From positions 12,335,235 through 12,399,234 of the forward strand of contig CM119271.1 in assembly GCA_051294375.1 (NCBI GenBank): DNA of 64,000 nt. The letters are read 5' to 3'. The translations under genes were made by a program, and so were the position numbers. The notes beneath the pieces are model-generated. The model was not told where the DNA came from, ran no database searches, and saw nothing but the letters and a program-made list of their open reading frames with translations. Every line of letters starts with the position of its first letter. The first letter of the stretch is position 1. Source of the DNA: Paraspadella gotoi. Lineage: Eukaryota > Animalia > Chaetognatha. This document shows positions 47,036 to 61,099 of this stretch, piece after piece.

Positions 47036-50000
47036 TCACTGGACGTCGTCTTCATCTTCTTCATCTTCGTCGCGTCTTTTGTTTCGATATTTTTTCCGAT
47101 CGATTTTTCGACGACTCGAACGAAAACTGCTCGACGGCGCCGGATCGGCTTCCGTCAAAGCGGCGTCATTGTGAGCGGCGTCTTCGATCACGGGCGATTT
47201 CCCCAGTTCCGTTTTTTTAGCGCAGTCCTTCTCGGAGGAGTCGGTGTCTTTGTTGACGGCTTCCTTTTTGAAAGCGTCCATGTTGACAGGGACTGCGTCG
47301 ACAGCCTCCATATTGACAGCGTTTTTATCGTCTATTAAGGCAGCATCCTGTTCTGCATCATCCATATCGGATGAGTCTTGCGAAAAGGGGACTTCTATCC
47401 CCGTTTGATTAGCGAGGTTGACCGAAGACGACGACGGAAACAACGACGAAGGGGATTTTTTCATGGGCGAGTTTTTTAATGAAGAATCGGAAGACGACGA
47501 TGACGGCGACGACGATGAAGACGACGACTCATCGTCGGAATTATCGTCGTCGTCGGAAGAAGAAGACGACGACGAAGACGAAGACGCTGCCTCAACTTCG
47601 CCCCGAAACCTCTTGCGCAAAGCCGCCCGAGCCGCGGCGAATTTTCCTCGCTTTTCCTTAATTCTCCTTTTACGACGAATCGTCGCTGGCTCCTCTTCAT
47701 CGTCGGCATCATCTTCTTGAAATCGCCCCTCATATTGTCTACCTTCTTCCGTTAACAACATCCGCCCTCGCTCTTCCCGCGCTCGATCTTCCTTTGCCCT
47801 TTTAATCATGTTCATCAATTTGACGCAACGTTTTCGCCGAGCGGCGATTTCGTCCCTGGCGGCGGCGTCATCGCCACCGCCTTCGCCTCCAGAGGTCGTC
47901 TCGGCGGCGCGAAATCCGTCCGGCGAATTCGGAGTGGGCGTGGCGCTACGTCGCGCGTCGTCGTCGTCGCTAGTCTCGGGCGAGGAGAGGACAAAACGAG
48001 AGAGGGATTCCGCCTCCACCTCTTCCTCCATCGTGGCGCGAGACTCCCGCTCGCCCGCCACGTACTCGCCGATGGGAGCGACGCCTTCGCAGGCGCTCGA
48101 GCCGCTCGACCATCCCTCCATCTCTCGTTGGACGAGGGAATCGAAGAAGGCGATCATGCGGGGATCTTCTTCCTCCGAACGCGCGCTGATAAACAAGGAT
48201 AAAACAAACATAAAAAATAAAATAATAATTCGTTGATAATAAGCTTATGACATCATTTTTATCACTGGGTCCCCATAACTGCACCCTTTTCAGAAGAGTG
48301 AAGAAAAAATATGGAATTTTGCAGTTGTATTTATTGCCAGTTAGTATAAGCATACAAAATTACACATCAAAGGACATGCTTAATGGTGGAGCGATTTAAA
48401 CTTGAGACTATTTTCACATCTCTTTACCTGTAATCATGATTGATGTACTGCCCAGTCGACCTCACCAAATCCATGTAATCCTCGTGCGTGAATCTCCGCC
48501 TCGTTTCCATCTCTTCGATCTTAGTCAAAGTCAGCGACTGCTTGGACCACCGGCCATCCTTGACGAGCATCTTCTGCCTAGAGACTTCTTCGAGACGAGC
48601 GTCGTCGTCCTCGTCGTCGTCGTCGGCGGAAGGATTGAAGGGGCTCCAGAGGCTGACGACCTTCTCCACGCCCGAGGAGCAGACGACGAAGCGTTCCGGA
48701 TCGAACCGGACTTGATTGACTATGGAGCGATGTCCGCGTAGCACGTGATGGGCGTGGCGCACCCACGTCTTCTCCTGCGCGGCGCGCTCCGTCGGCACCT
48801 TCCACAAGTAGACGTTGAAGTCGTCGGATCCGGACATGACGAACTCGTCGTCGGCGCCAGCGAAACTGCAGCTCTTGAGGGTGCAGGAGTTGAAGTAGCC
48901 AGCTTGGTCGAACTGGCACCAGGCTGTTGGACTCTCGGTCTTGTAAAGGGACGGCGCCATGCGACGCCGCAAAACGACCACCCTCTCTCCGTCGCCGCTG
49001 AACCGAGCGTTCATGCAGGAGAGCTGTTCGCGGCGCTGGCGGCGGTCGAAGCGGCGCGGCGCGATCTCGTATCGAAGGAGTTGAGAATTTGGTCGACGGA
49101 CGTCCCAAAGTTGAGCGCCGACTTTGCCGTTGGCCGTGACGAAGAGTCGTGGCGACGCCGGGTTGAACATGACGGAATGGAAGGGCGACGCCGCTAGCGC
49201 CAGTGCCAACGCCGGGCGCGGTTCTCGGAGGTCGTAGAGTTGACAACGCCCATCGTCGCAGGCCGTGGCGAAGAGAAGAGGGTTCGTTGGGTCGGGAGAG
49301 ATGCAATAGATGGCGTCTTCGTAGAGGTAGACGTCTTTCGTCGCCCCTTGAAAAAAGTCAAGTTTAATTTCATAAGTATTTATTCACTTTTATCAATACA
49401 AAGAATAAGATCATATAGCCCTTTTCTCTCTTTATCTTTCTTTCTACTTCTTGACCCCCTCTTTTCTTTTCTTTCTTTATTTTTTTCTTCATCAATCATC
49501 ATATCTTTTTATTTTCTTTTTTTCTCTCTCTCTCTTGCTCCGTCTTTCTGTCACCCGTCTCAAGGTCGTGAACGATAATTTGCTCATCGTTTCCTCCACT
49601 AAAGATCGTCCGATCCTCGCGATCGAAAGCAAGACAAAATATGTTGCTATTGTGTTCCCCGCCCATGCAGGTCGGAGAGACGCTGCCGAGTCGGCCCAGC
49701 GCCTCGTCGACGCGCCAGAGCAGCACTCGACGATCGTCTCCGCCCGAGACGAGTCGGCGTCCGTCGTGGGAGAACTCGACTGCATTCACGCAACCGTAGT
49801 GACCTGACGTGAGGACGGAAAAGAACCAATGATTAAAGAAAAGAAAGATTAAAGAAAAGAAAGATTACAAGATTTGTAAAAGAAATTGTAATAAGATTTA
49901 TAAATTTTATCCGAAAATAGAACTGCAGCAGTTTAATTTTGATTATTAATTTAACCATTGTTAAAATTTTTTTTTTTCATTAATCTCATTTGCATATTGC

Positions 50001-50352
50001 ATATTATAGTTAATTTTATGATCCTGAAGCAACAATGCAGAAAGTTATATCCTAAAGTGAGAATACGATTAGAAATGACCATATGCTTAAGTCACATCCC
50101 ATAATTTATTAATCCTAAATAACAACACTCCCTATATTTTAGATAATTGCAAATAGACAAATCGCGTTTTAAAACTTAACCTTTTAATTCCTTGCGGTAA
50201 AGTGAGGCGACATTTTCGAAAGAATTTTTGAGAAATTGTGAGGTGGAGAATCGTCGCTCGCCAACGCAGCGATCGAAAATGTTTTGTGGATGAGATTTGA
50301 CGATTTTAAATTCTTTGTTTTTGTCTCGTGAAAATCGAGTTTTCTTCTTCAT
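47036..50352 (-). CDS. DCAF5: DDB1- and CUL4-associated factor 5 (WDR22)
   Basis: Exons 50352-50181, ~49803-49555, ~49347-48428 and ~48185-47036. Motifs LYRKELKGHYGCVNAVEFS, VSGGDDRRVLLW, GEHNSNIFCLAF, YFNSCTLKSCSF, GHRSIVNQVRF and EEDPRMIAFFDSLVQRE. Confidence 0.93.
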
Positions 50353-50825
50353 GGTTTTTATTTTCTTAAAAATAGGAATAAGCTATCATTGCTGGTGGAG
50401 TTTTAATAATACAAAATACATTATATATGTTTATTTTGAAGGAAGGATAAATCAGGTTTTATTAGTAAGCAAGAGTCGTCAATACTCAATACATAATTAC
50501 TCGTCTATGATACAGAGTAAGAAATTTTAAGAGAATAAGTCGTAATAAATGTTAATAATTGAACAAACATGAGACGAAAAGAAAAATTAAGGTTTATAAT
50601 AATGTATATAAACGCAAATACATAAAAAATCAAAAACGGCGGTAAAAAGCAAAATACCTAATACGACCAAGATTCAAATGGAATGAAAGTAAAAACAAAA
50701 AAAAATTCAATGACGTTAAATGACTAATAATCTTTAAACAATCGTATCATTACAAAACAACGAACGATACATGGTTGAAAAAAAAAAAGAAAAAGAAAAA
50801 AACCAAACAAACAAAACTGGAAAGA

Positions 50826-53800
50826 CTAGAACCGATGAAAACAAAACGGAACACTTTTCCATCGCCATCCCACCCGTCCCCCCCCTAAATTCCCCCACCC
50901 CCCCCAACCGGAAAAAAAAAAGAGAAGGGGTTCTTCTTCAAGCTCTCTCCAAAAATTTTCCATCATGAAGAGTTTGACGAGTCCTCCGTCGTAGGCGCCG
51001 ATCTCCTTGAGCGTCTTGACGAGATTCCACCGGAAGTCGCCTTTCCCGTAGACGAGCATCTCCCACTCCGTCTCGGAGAGAGCCGGCATCTTTTTACCTT
51101 CGGGATCGAAGGCGTACATCGTGTTGAGATTGAGATGGAGGTTGGGAGGGAGGTAAGAGGTGTCCACCTGGGGGGAGGGAGGAGGGGGTTTAATGAAATA
51201 TATACGAAAAGCTGTCACGACCCCGAGGTTAAGCAAAAATTCATCAATGATATTCATTTATAATTATCAAGGTAACAAGGACACGACTGATATTCGGAGC
51301 AATTGTTAACCAATTATGTACTCGCGGAGCAACTTTTCACTTTTCGGTCGGTCGCTCTGTCTGTCTGTTAAAAATATATATAATTGGCCTATAATTTGCT
51401 CATTTGTTAAGATAGGAAATAAAATCTAATGGACTGCTAGCGCCGTCTTCAAGAATTCGTAAAACTATAAGAAATAAAAGATAAAATTCCGATGCTAAGA
51501 AAGTTATTGTAATTATGTCATGTCGCGTCATTTCACGTCATATCATGTCACGAGAAATACACGTGATAAGGCAGTCACTGGGGCACAACACATTTGAATT
51601 ACCGTTCTTGTTTTTATTACTAATTACTTATTACTTTTCAATTCCCCAAACAATCGCTCAACCATCACATCAATAAACCATCATTAAACCATCTCTAAAT
51701 CATCATCAAATACATAACTTAATTATAGCTAAACCATCACTAAACAAACAATCAACATCAATTAACCATCATCAATTAACCATCATCATTAACCCATCGT
51801 CGCATCATCCTTTAAACCATCACCTTAGAGTCCGCAATGGAGACAAGAGCCAAGGTCTTGAGCGATGGAGAAAGATCGAGCACATGGACGTCGTAGAAGC
51901 AACTGCTGGCCAAAGGATCGTTCTTCATTTGCCACCAAAGAAACTTGAATCGAACGTCCTTCAATTCCTCCTCGGTCAACTTCACTTCCGGGATTTGACG
52001 CAGGCTCGTCCGGACGCGTTCGGCGAAGGCGTTGGCGACAGAGTCCGCTCCGACGGGACGATCGGCGGCGTCGGCGGAACGGCTGGGGTCTGCGGTAGCG
52101 CCAGAAGCGGAGGCCTCCGTCGCCGCCTCCGCGACGGGCGCGGCATTGGCGGGCGGCGCCCGAGCGTCCTCCAGGCTGACGTTCTCCAGCGCCTGGCGGA
52201 CTTGTCGTTCTCCGTGAGCGATTTCTCGATCGGAAAAGGCGGCGGCAGAATCGAAGCAGGCGCGGGCCTCTTCGCCTGCCGCGAGCACCGCGCCTTTGCC
52301 GATTCCAGCGCCTCCGCCGACACCCTTGACTTTCTCTTCTTCTTCGTCCGATTCGAATTCGCCGCCTTCCGGTTCGCCAGTCAATTCCATATCCCAACAA
52401 TAATTGCATCGACACGACAAGTCGTATTCGTTCCCGCGGAACCAGAAGCCGTCCTTGCGCCGGAGCCGGGCCAGGTTGCGCGGGCCGTAGCCTCCTACGA
52501 TCACGATCTTTCCGTCAACGGCGAGGATCTGAGCGTCGCGTCGCCGCGCCGGCGATTCGCCCGCAGCCTCGATCAGATCCCACCGCAGCTCCGCCGCGTC
52601 GAAGCGGATTACGTCGCACTGGAGCTCCCAGGGGCTGAGGTTGCCCAGCTGAGAGGGAGGCTCTCCGCAGCAGCCGAACATGTAGACGTGGCCTTTGAGG
52701 ACGACGGAGGGTTGGACGCGATCGGGAACGTCGCCCGTGACGCGGACTTTGGTCCATTCCTTTGTTTCGAGGTCCAGGCTTGTGTGAGGAAAAAGAAGGG
52801 AGAAGGAGGGAGGGAAGATGGCGCTATTAGACAGGGATTTAAATGAGATAAAAAAAAGAGAGAAGCAAAAGAAAAGTAAGGAAAAATAAAAAGACAAAAT
52901 AAAAGAAAGAGAGAAGGTAAAAAAAAAAGTAAGAGAGAGAAAAATAAAAAAGGAAAAAAAAGAAATAAAAACAGTAATTCCAATTTTTTGCGCCGTAGTA
53001 ACTTTATTTTTGTCTATTTCTCTTTGATCACATAATAAAACGACATGACCTGACACTTTCTTAGCCTGTCTATATATGACATGCACTGCATCAAAATTAC
53101 GTCGTTTATTTTTTATAGTTTTAGGATTTCGTGAAGGCGGCGGTCGCAGTCCCTTAGATTTTAGGTTTTTTCTGTCTTAACAAATGAGCAACCAACTATA
53201 GACAAATTATATACGATTTAATAATACGATCTAATACTTAAGGGAGAGGCCCTTTCATACAATTAAAACATTTTTGGAAACATTATACCACTTCATTGAT
53301 AGGGAAACTAAGTATTCTGGGAGTAAATAAACGAGACTGTGAGAGAGTCTTGATTGAAAGCTTGCAGGGACGTGCTATATCATTATCTTAAACCACCAAA
53401 TCCTGTCCAAATTCAGGGGCAAGATAGTTTATTTATTAAAGGAATAGATAATTTATATATTGGTTATACCAATTTTATACATTTTTAATGTAAGTGGGAC
53501 CGACCGTCGGACAGACACACCGACCGACCGAAAAGTGACTTAGAGTACTCGCGGCGCAATTTAAAAACAGAAGGCGGAAAATGAGGGATTGAACAGAAGA
53601 AGAAAAGAAAAAGAACGAGAGACTCAGAGAAGAAGAGAGAGAAGAAAAGAGACAAAACAGAGAGAGCAATAAATCAGAAATAAAGAAAGAGAGAATGAAA
53701 GAAATCTCTCTCTCTCTCTCCCTCACCGATAAGCGTCGTTCAACTTGGCCTCGATGAAATTGTGAAAGGCCCTCTCGTTGAAGAGATAGGCCGTCTTCCC

Positions 53801-54816
53801 GTCGGGTCCGGGCATGAGGCGGGACCCGAGAAAGGCCTGACCCATGCGGAGCACGTCGCGCTGTCGAAAGCCGATGAGGTGCGTCTCGAGGCTGGTCCAC
53901 TCTCGCGTCGCCAGATCGAAGGAGTAGAAGCGAATCGGGTTGTCGTGTGGAGGAATTTCTTGAACGTTGTCGTATCTTGATGAGGGGATTTAAAGTGGTG
54001 GAAGAGAGATATTTAATGAAGATAATGATTAATATCTATCATTTGCTCAAATAAACGCTATAGTCATGATAATCAATTAGCTGGGTAATTAATTGAAACG
54101 TTTCAAAACATGAACATCAATTTTTGAAAATTGTTTTTGTTTCAAAAATATTTTGTAATAGCTTCAAATGATATGAAATTGGTACAAAAACTAATAAAAA
54201 ATAAATTAATTATAGTTTCTGCAACGAAGCTATTGACAACGAAGCTATTGGGAATTGAAATTGAATTAAATTTGAATTGAAATTGAATTCTCCCCCCTCT
54301 GCCTCACCTCCCAGTCCCCCCATGTTCCCTTTCTCGAAAGTCCAACAGATTCTCGAAAGAGGCGGAGCTGTAGATGATGTACTTATCCCCGACTCTGCAA
54401 GCGCTCCTGTAGACCGAGTCCGAGTCCAGCCGCGGGACCTCGTAGCCCCGATGATCCGGGACGGTCCAGCGGTCCTCGGAGAGAGAGTAGACGGGCACGA
54501 ACTCGTAGAGGATGAGTCCAAAGTGTTGACGGAAGAAGACGAAGATCTCCCCGTCGCGAAGGAAAACCTTGTCGACGTCGAGGCGAAGAAACGCGGGCAG
54601 ATCGCAAGCGAAGGAACAGAGTTCCTTCCAAGGAAGATTCTCTTTGATGTTGTATCTCCAGACGGTCAAGGCCTTGGTGGGACTCTGGTCCACGTAGGCT
54701 ACGCGATAGACGTTCTTGCCTTCGCTGACGTAATGCGCCGCGCCCGTGTCGATGGACGAGAGACCGAAATCCTCGCAGAGGAACTTGTCCATTCCGCGAG
54801 AGATCCAGGCCGCCAT
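50826..54816 (-). CDS. KLHDC3: Divergent kelch-domain protein with C-terminal BC/cullin-2 box (KLHDC3-like)
   Basis: Phase-consistent exons 54816-54308, 53975-53727, 52778-51824 and 51167-50826. Kelch-type motifs (HVYMFG, FDAAELRW, IVIVGG). DVHVLDLSPSLKTLA..VDTSYLPPNL resembles the KLHDC3 C-terminus. The extreme 3' end is uncertain. Confidence 0.7.
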
Positions 54817-55355
54817 TTTATCGTCGGTGGCGGCGAAAAAATGGAAAGGAGGAAGTTTGTAAGCGATTCTCTTTATCGATCGATTCGAGGATTATTCTGG
54901 GGAGGGTTCAGAAGCGGGAGAAATTGTAAAATATTGTAAAAATAACCAGAGCAACTTTTATAGACGTAATCTTTTAAAAATATATAGCTAAAATATATAA
55001 CATTGCTGAAAAAGGGGGGAAAAAACGATGAATTGCAACAGTCAACAAATTAACAGGGTTTGTTTGTTTACTGGACGGAAAAAGATGCTTTGAAAATAAA
55101 TTTCGCGAAGTAAAAAAGAATCGTTCAGTTGGGAAGGAATGTTGAATAATTAAAAATAATTAAAATTGCAATCGAAAGTTAAATATTATGATCGAATTTC
55201 TTTGTGCGTTCCGCTCTTTTCTTCTTGTGCACGTTTCTTTTAAAAATAACATTTGTTATTGATGTCGAAAACATTAGTACATATCAAATGGATAAAATTT
55301 AATAAAGGCACATGTATCGGTGGCAAGTATGTATCTTAAGTTAGAACTCTCAAGA

Positions 55356-58300
55356 CTACGTAAAGTTTCCGTCTCCTTGCAAGAGCGCCGCTCTCTTGTT
55401 CAGACTCTGCACTTGGGATTTGAGGGACGCGATCGTTTCCTCCAACTGACATCTCAAATCGCTTGGCAACATCTTGGATATTTTCTCTTCTTGCTCCAAT
55501 TTGATTTGCGTGATTTGATCCTCCCACTCCAACCGTTGATGCTCAGTGTTTCGCTCCAACCATCGATTTTTCTCTCTCTGTTTTTCTATCTCTTGATGCA
55601 ACGAAAGATTTTCAGTTTTCCACTCGTTCTTCTCCAGCTCCAGCTCTGTCCTATGTCGCTCCATCAACTCCTCCGCTTCCGTCCGACGTCTCTCTTCCTC
55701 GAGACGAAAATCGCTCCTCGCCGTCGCCAACTCCTGCGCAAGCGTTTCGCTCCTACGCATCTCCGCGTCGACTCTGCTCCTATATTCATCCTCGATCTTC
55801 TTTAACTTCTGCCCGGCGTTCCCGAGCGTCGTCTCCATATCCGCCGCGTGCTGTTTGGCCTGAATCAATCTCTGTTGCTCCATCTCGCTCCGGTGCTTCC
55901 GGACGAGCTCTTCCAGACTGTTCTTGGCTTCGTTCAAGCTCTCCTCGTTCTTGGCGTTGGATTCACGAATCTCCTGCGCGTAACGAGAGTGACAATCGGC
56001 GAGATGTTGACGAGCATCTTTGAGTTGCTCCTCCAATTCCGCGAGGACGCCATCGTCGGCTTCTTTCTTCGTCCCCCACTCTTCCACGATCCTTTCCATT
56101 TCCGAGAAATGCAGACTCTTCAACTGCTCGATCTCTTCCTCCTTCGCCTTCCGCAGCACCTCCTTCTCCAACATGGCGTCCTTGGTCAGCGTCAGACGCA
56201 GCGTCTCCGCTTCCGCCCGCAGCCGATCTATCTCCCGCTGCGCCGCGCTCCGTTCCTCCTCCATCTGTCGCCGCATTTCTTTCCCCTGCTTCTCCCTGGC
56301 GACGCGCGACTTTTCCAGATCTGATTCGACCGTCCTCATCTGCGCCTTCATCTCCTCGTAGGTCCTCTCGGCGGACTGTTGGATGTTCGTCTGAAAATCG
56401 GCCAACGTTTTCTCCGATTTTTCGACCTGCGATTCCAATTCTGCCTTCAACCTCTCGTTCTCTCTCTTCTTCGCCTTTAAACTTTCTTCCAATCGAACGA
56501 CTCTAGCGTTCAACTCCGTCTCGCTCTCTCTCGCTCTCTTCTCCATCCTTTGCGAGTCTTGTTCCAGACTGTGCAGAGTGTCGGCCAACTTCTCCAGCGT
56601 GGCTTTATTCTCTTCAGTCTCCACTACGAGTCGATCTCTCCTCTGCTCCGCGGCAGCTTTCTCTTCCTCGCTCCGCCTCAGCCGCTCCTTCGCCGCCTCC
56701 AATTCCCGACGCAGCAGATCCGCGTTTGACTTGTATCCTTCTTCGATCCGCAGCAGCCTGTCCTCGTGTTCCTTCCTCTCCGAAGCCGCTTCTTTCTCTA
56801 ATCTCTTCTTCTCCTCCTCCATCTGCTTCATCTTCTCCCCCATCTCGTCTCCCCTCGCTTCCATCAACGCCATCTCTTGTATCATCCTCTGCCGACCCGA
56901 CGCCGCCAATTCCGCGTCTTCCGTCAACGCCGCGATTCTCCGCTCGAGATCTTTGACGACGAGGGCGTTGTCGTCGGCTTCCTTGGCGTAGTCGGCCTCC
57001 ATCTTGGCGAGGCGCTCGTTGGTCTCCCTCAGCAACTCCTCCATGTTCATCGTGTTCTGCTTCTGCAGCTGAAACTTTTCCTGCTCGAAGGCGGCGACGA
57101 CGTCGTTGATCTTCCGCTGGCAATCGTCCGCGCGGCTCTGCTGCGTCTCCTCCGCCAGGCGACGCAGCTCGTCCAGCTGCTTCTCTTTGGTCTCCCGCAG
57201 CTGCGCGGATTCGCGGACGAGGTTGTCGAGCTTCTTCTGCGTGACTCTGGCTCGATCCTCGTGCTCGCGAATTTTGCTTCGATATTCGACTCTTATCTCT
57301 TCGATCTCTGAGTTTTTTCGTTCGAGGATTTTCTGGACGTCGTCGTCGTGTCGCTGCTGCAGTTTTAACTTCTCTTCTTGGAACTTCGCCTCGAGGACCT
57401 TCAGTGAAGTAAAAATTAAAATTAAAAGAATATAAAATATAACTGTAAAATGGACAAGGCAATATTTTAAAAAGACAACTTTTAAATATTAAGATTTCAT
57501 TACGTGGCAATTTTTTTTTCTATTAAATTGGGCAAAACCGTAAAAAAATTTTTCGTTTTTGTAAGGACGATTTGAAATGTTCTGCATGAAATAATAAATA
57601 AAAAGAAAAAATCATTAAAACAGATTTAAAATTTCTTTTATCCACTTTACAAAGATTAAAACTCTGATCTCAGAATTAAAATTGACATTATGCAACTTAA
57701 ATTAAACTAATTTATAACGTTTTTAAAATGTTTTGAATATTTTTACAATAAAAATGCTCAATTTGTATTTAAAACTTTTGACTAGACCTTCATCTTCATC
57801 TCAGATCCTTTGTCCAAATTTCGCCGAAGCGAATTCTCTCGATTCTCCGTCGTCAACGGACGCCGCGCGGGGGCGTCCACGGGCGTCGCGTCGCTGTCCG
57901 AGGTGACGCCGCCGCTCACGACTTTGCTCTCCCACCATCTCGCGACGGAAACGTCTTCACGGATCCCATGACCCGCGGAGGCGACGCTCGTGTCCGTCGT
58001 CTCGTGTCCCTCGTCGCGATTCGACAAATCCCGACGTTTACGAAAAGAGTTTCGCTCCTCGAGGTCGCGGGTTCGATCCTGGCTCAAATCGTAACGACTC
58101 AGATTGGCGATCTGAGCCTCTGGCTTTTCGTTGAAGGGTCCGTCGAGGTGACCAAGAGTCTTCAGCATGTGCAGCATCAGTTTGGCGTGGTCGTTGCGAT
58201 TCCGGCGACCGGAGACGCCCCCGAAAGTCTCCTCGCACAATTTCTTGATCCAAACGGCGCATTTTTGTCTTTCGCTTTTGTGCGGAAGTTGTAAGACGTA

Positions 58301-58375
58301 AAATTTCATCGAGGCTAAAATTCCGTCGAATTCCGCGTCCAATTTTTTCGTGACGTTGTCGAACGGAGCCGACAT
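55356..58375 (-). CDS. CEP112: Centrosomal protein of 112 kDa (CCDC46)
   Basis: Exons 58375-57788 (LDAEFD..MKFYVLQLPHKSERQKCAVWIKKLCE..RRNRN) and 57398-55356 (EAKFQEEKLKLQQRHDDDVQKILERKN, long coiled coil, MLPSDLRCQLEETIASLKSQV). Confidence 0.92.
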
Positions 58376-59552
58376 CTTGTTTTTAAACTATTAAGCTACT
58401 ATATTATAGGCAAAGGGCAATTTAAAATCATATTTATGGAAATATTTTGTTGTTCGAAAGAATTTTGATTTATTTTTAACAAAATTTCTTCTGCTGAGTC
58501 ATTTTCTCTCCTCTGTTGTTTAGATGCTCATTTGGTTTTTTCCGACGCCGTCAGAGTCTGACATCTGGGGAGAAAAAACTTTAAACAAGAATGAAAAAAG
58601 AACAATTATTTAAATAATTTTAATTTTTCAAAAAATAGATTAAAAATAGATTTTTGGCTGTTATTAATATTATATTACATTATTAATGTCAAAAGCCACT
58701 TCGACTTTGGTCTCCAATTTTTAAAATGCGTATCAAAAAAAAAAAAACTTATGAAAGTTTCCTAAGTTAATACGTTGCTTTCAAACATTTTCTTAACTCG
58801 ATAAATTATATCATATATGATTATAAACTCAATTACTATTTCCATGATTTTTTATAAAATGACAGTTTACAAAGTTGACTAACTCAAGTTTACTCGGAAA
58901 AACTGTTATGATTGTCTCGCTAATGTTGTCTCAGACAGGGTTATCTTAACAAGAATTTCATAAAATGAAAAACTGAAATGTTTTAATTCAGCAATGAACA
59001 TATAAGCGGTGATTGATGATAGTAAATAAAATCGGGAATTTTAATATAGTTTTAGATATTTTCAATAAAAATTTCCTCATTACTGAGGAAAAAGATCTGA
59101 GCGATTATGAATTAATTCTTCAATAAAAATAAATTTGTTTTATTATTTTAAATTACCGCTGAATAGATCGATCTGACAAATACTAAAATCTTTACTTTTA
59201 AAACTAATTCCATTATTAAATATATGAGATTATTAATCTACAATGGCGAGAGAAAATTAACTAAATGAAAAAAGTGATAGATAAATAAAAATTAATTAAA
59301 ATGGCGAAAGATAAAAAACAAAAGACGTCGTCAGAAATGTAATTTCTTTAAATATGAACAAAAGACTAATTGTTTATGATTTTCTTTTCTGGTTTTCCCG
59401 TTTATTCGAATCGAACGCCGCCAAACGGCGAAAATTGGAATGTGGCGACGACGAATCACTGGGCGATGATTTCCGGTCAACGACGCGTGGATGGGCGTGG
59501 TCAGTTTTGCGGCGTCATCCGTGGCTTCATAGAGGGCGCGCTCAAATCCGCG

Positions 59553-60356
59553 TCAGATGAAGCAAATGAGGGCGTTGTAGAAATCTTGAAGACACATCGA
59601 GAGCTGAGTGAAAGTAGGGCGTTCCTCCGCGGGAAGGACCCAGCAACAGGCCATCACGGCGTAGCTAAAAATAGAATTTTAATAATAAATTGAGGATATG
59701 ATAAGTTTAGAAATGTGTGATTGTTGAGTTTGATTTAGTTTTCGAAGAAACTTGGATTTAAAATTATGTATTTAAACAAACAAGTAAAAAGTAAAAAATT
59801 AAATTTTTTTTTAAAAAACGAACTTTGTATAAATCTTTCGGTAATTTAACACATTATGTTATGTCACACCGAAGCCGCTTAAACCTCCTTCAACGGTCAA
59901 GCTTGAAGTCATTTAATACATAATTATATAATATTAAAAATAAATATATATATATATATATATCTCTAATCCGACAAATAGACTCACAGTTCATCTGGGC
60001 AGTTGACGGGCTGAGCGAGTCGATACCCAGCGTTGAGATAGTTGACCATCTCGAAAGGATCCAGGTCGAGATAAGGTTGCTGGGCCAGGGTCATTAATTC
60101 CCACAACAGGACGCCGAAGGACCACTGGAAAGGGGAGGAGATGGGGTGGGTGATGGGGTGGGTGATGAGGTAGTGATGGGGTAGTGATGGGGTGGGTGAT
60201 GAGGTAGTGATGGAGTAGGTGATTGGTAAGGTTGGAGAGTAGTTAAATGTTTTCTCCTGTTTATTTCTCTCTCTTAATTCAACCCTTGGGGTCATAATAA
60301 GAGACGACGACGACGACGACGAAAAAGAGGACGACGACGACGACGACGAAAAAGAG

Positions 60357-60391
<35 letters not shown>

Positions 60392-61099
60392 TTGCGAGAA
60401 AATAACTCGACTCCGAACCACGAAGGGAACAATAGAAACAATGAGCGAGTGTTGTAAACGAAATCGACGACGACGACAACGACGACGACGAAGAGGAAGA
60501 CGACGACGACGACGACGACGAAATTAACAACGACGATGGCTGCGTAAAGTGAAAAAAAAGTAGGAGACTAAAAAGAGACGAAATTAACAACAAAGACAAA
60601 CAGAAATCGAGACGAGCGGAGACGAAAATGACGACGAAGTCGACGATGAAGACGACGATGATGACGACGACGATGACGATGACAACGAAGATGACGACGA
60701 AAACGACGAAAACGAAGACGACAACAACGCTAACCACTCATCAACCAATCATCAACCACTCATCAACCACTGATCAACCAATCATCAATCACTCATTAAC
60801 CACTCATCAACCAATCATTAATCACTCACCAATCACTCATCAATCACTCATCAACCAATCATCAATCACTCACCAATCACTCATCAACCACTCATCAACC
60901 ACTCATCAACCACTCATCAACCACTCAACAACCACTCACCACGTCGGACGCCGTCGAAAATTGCCAAAGAGCGAGCGCCTCGAGCGCCATCCACTTGACG
61001 GGTCTGTTCTCGTTATCTCCCAAACAATGATAGTCGTCGGGAAAGAGATCACGTGAGAGGGCGTGGTCGGTGATCACCGCGTTCAAGTCAGCGTCCACC
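59553..61099 (-). CDS. RYK: RYK/Derailed-like receptor tyrosine pseudokinase, 3' exons (gene continues upstream)
   Basis: Exons 61099-60940 (DHALSRDLFPDDYHCLGDNENRPVKWMALE), 60124-59988 (WSFGVLLWELMTLAQQPY..GYRLAQPVNCPDEL) and 59664-59553 (YAVMACCW..ERPTF..LICFI-stop). Confidence 0.93.
60733..60938. repeat. Tandem repeat (ACCACTCATCA)n at the start of a RYK intron
   Basis: Minus strand reads GTGAGTGGTTGTTGAGTGGTTGATGAGTGG... Confidence 0.9.

Noticed and set aside
42007-58294. Many antisense and alternative-frame ORFs overlapping SLC16, DCAF5, KLHDC3-like and CEP112
   Set aside because: Shadow ORFs expected from GC-rich codon usage and (GAC/GTC)n repeats, with no recognisable domains.
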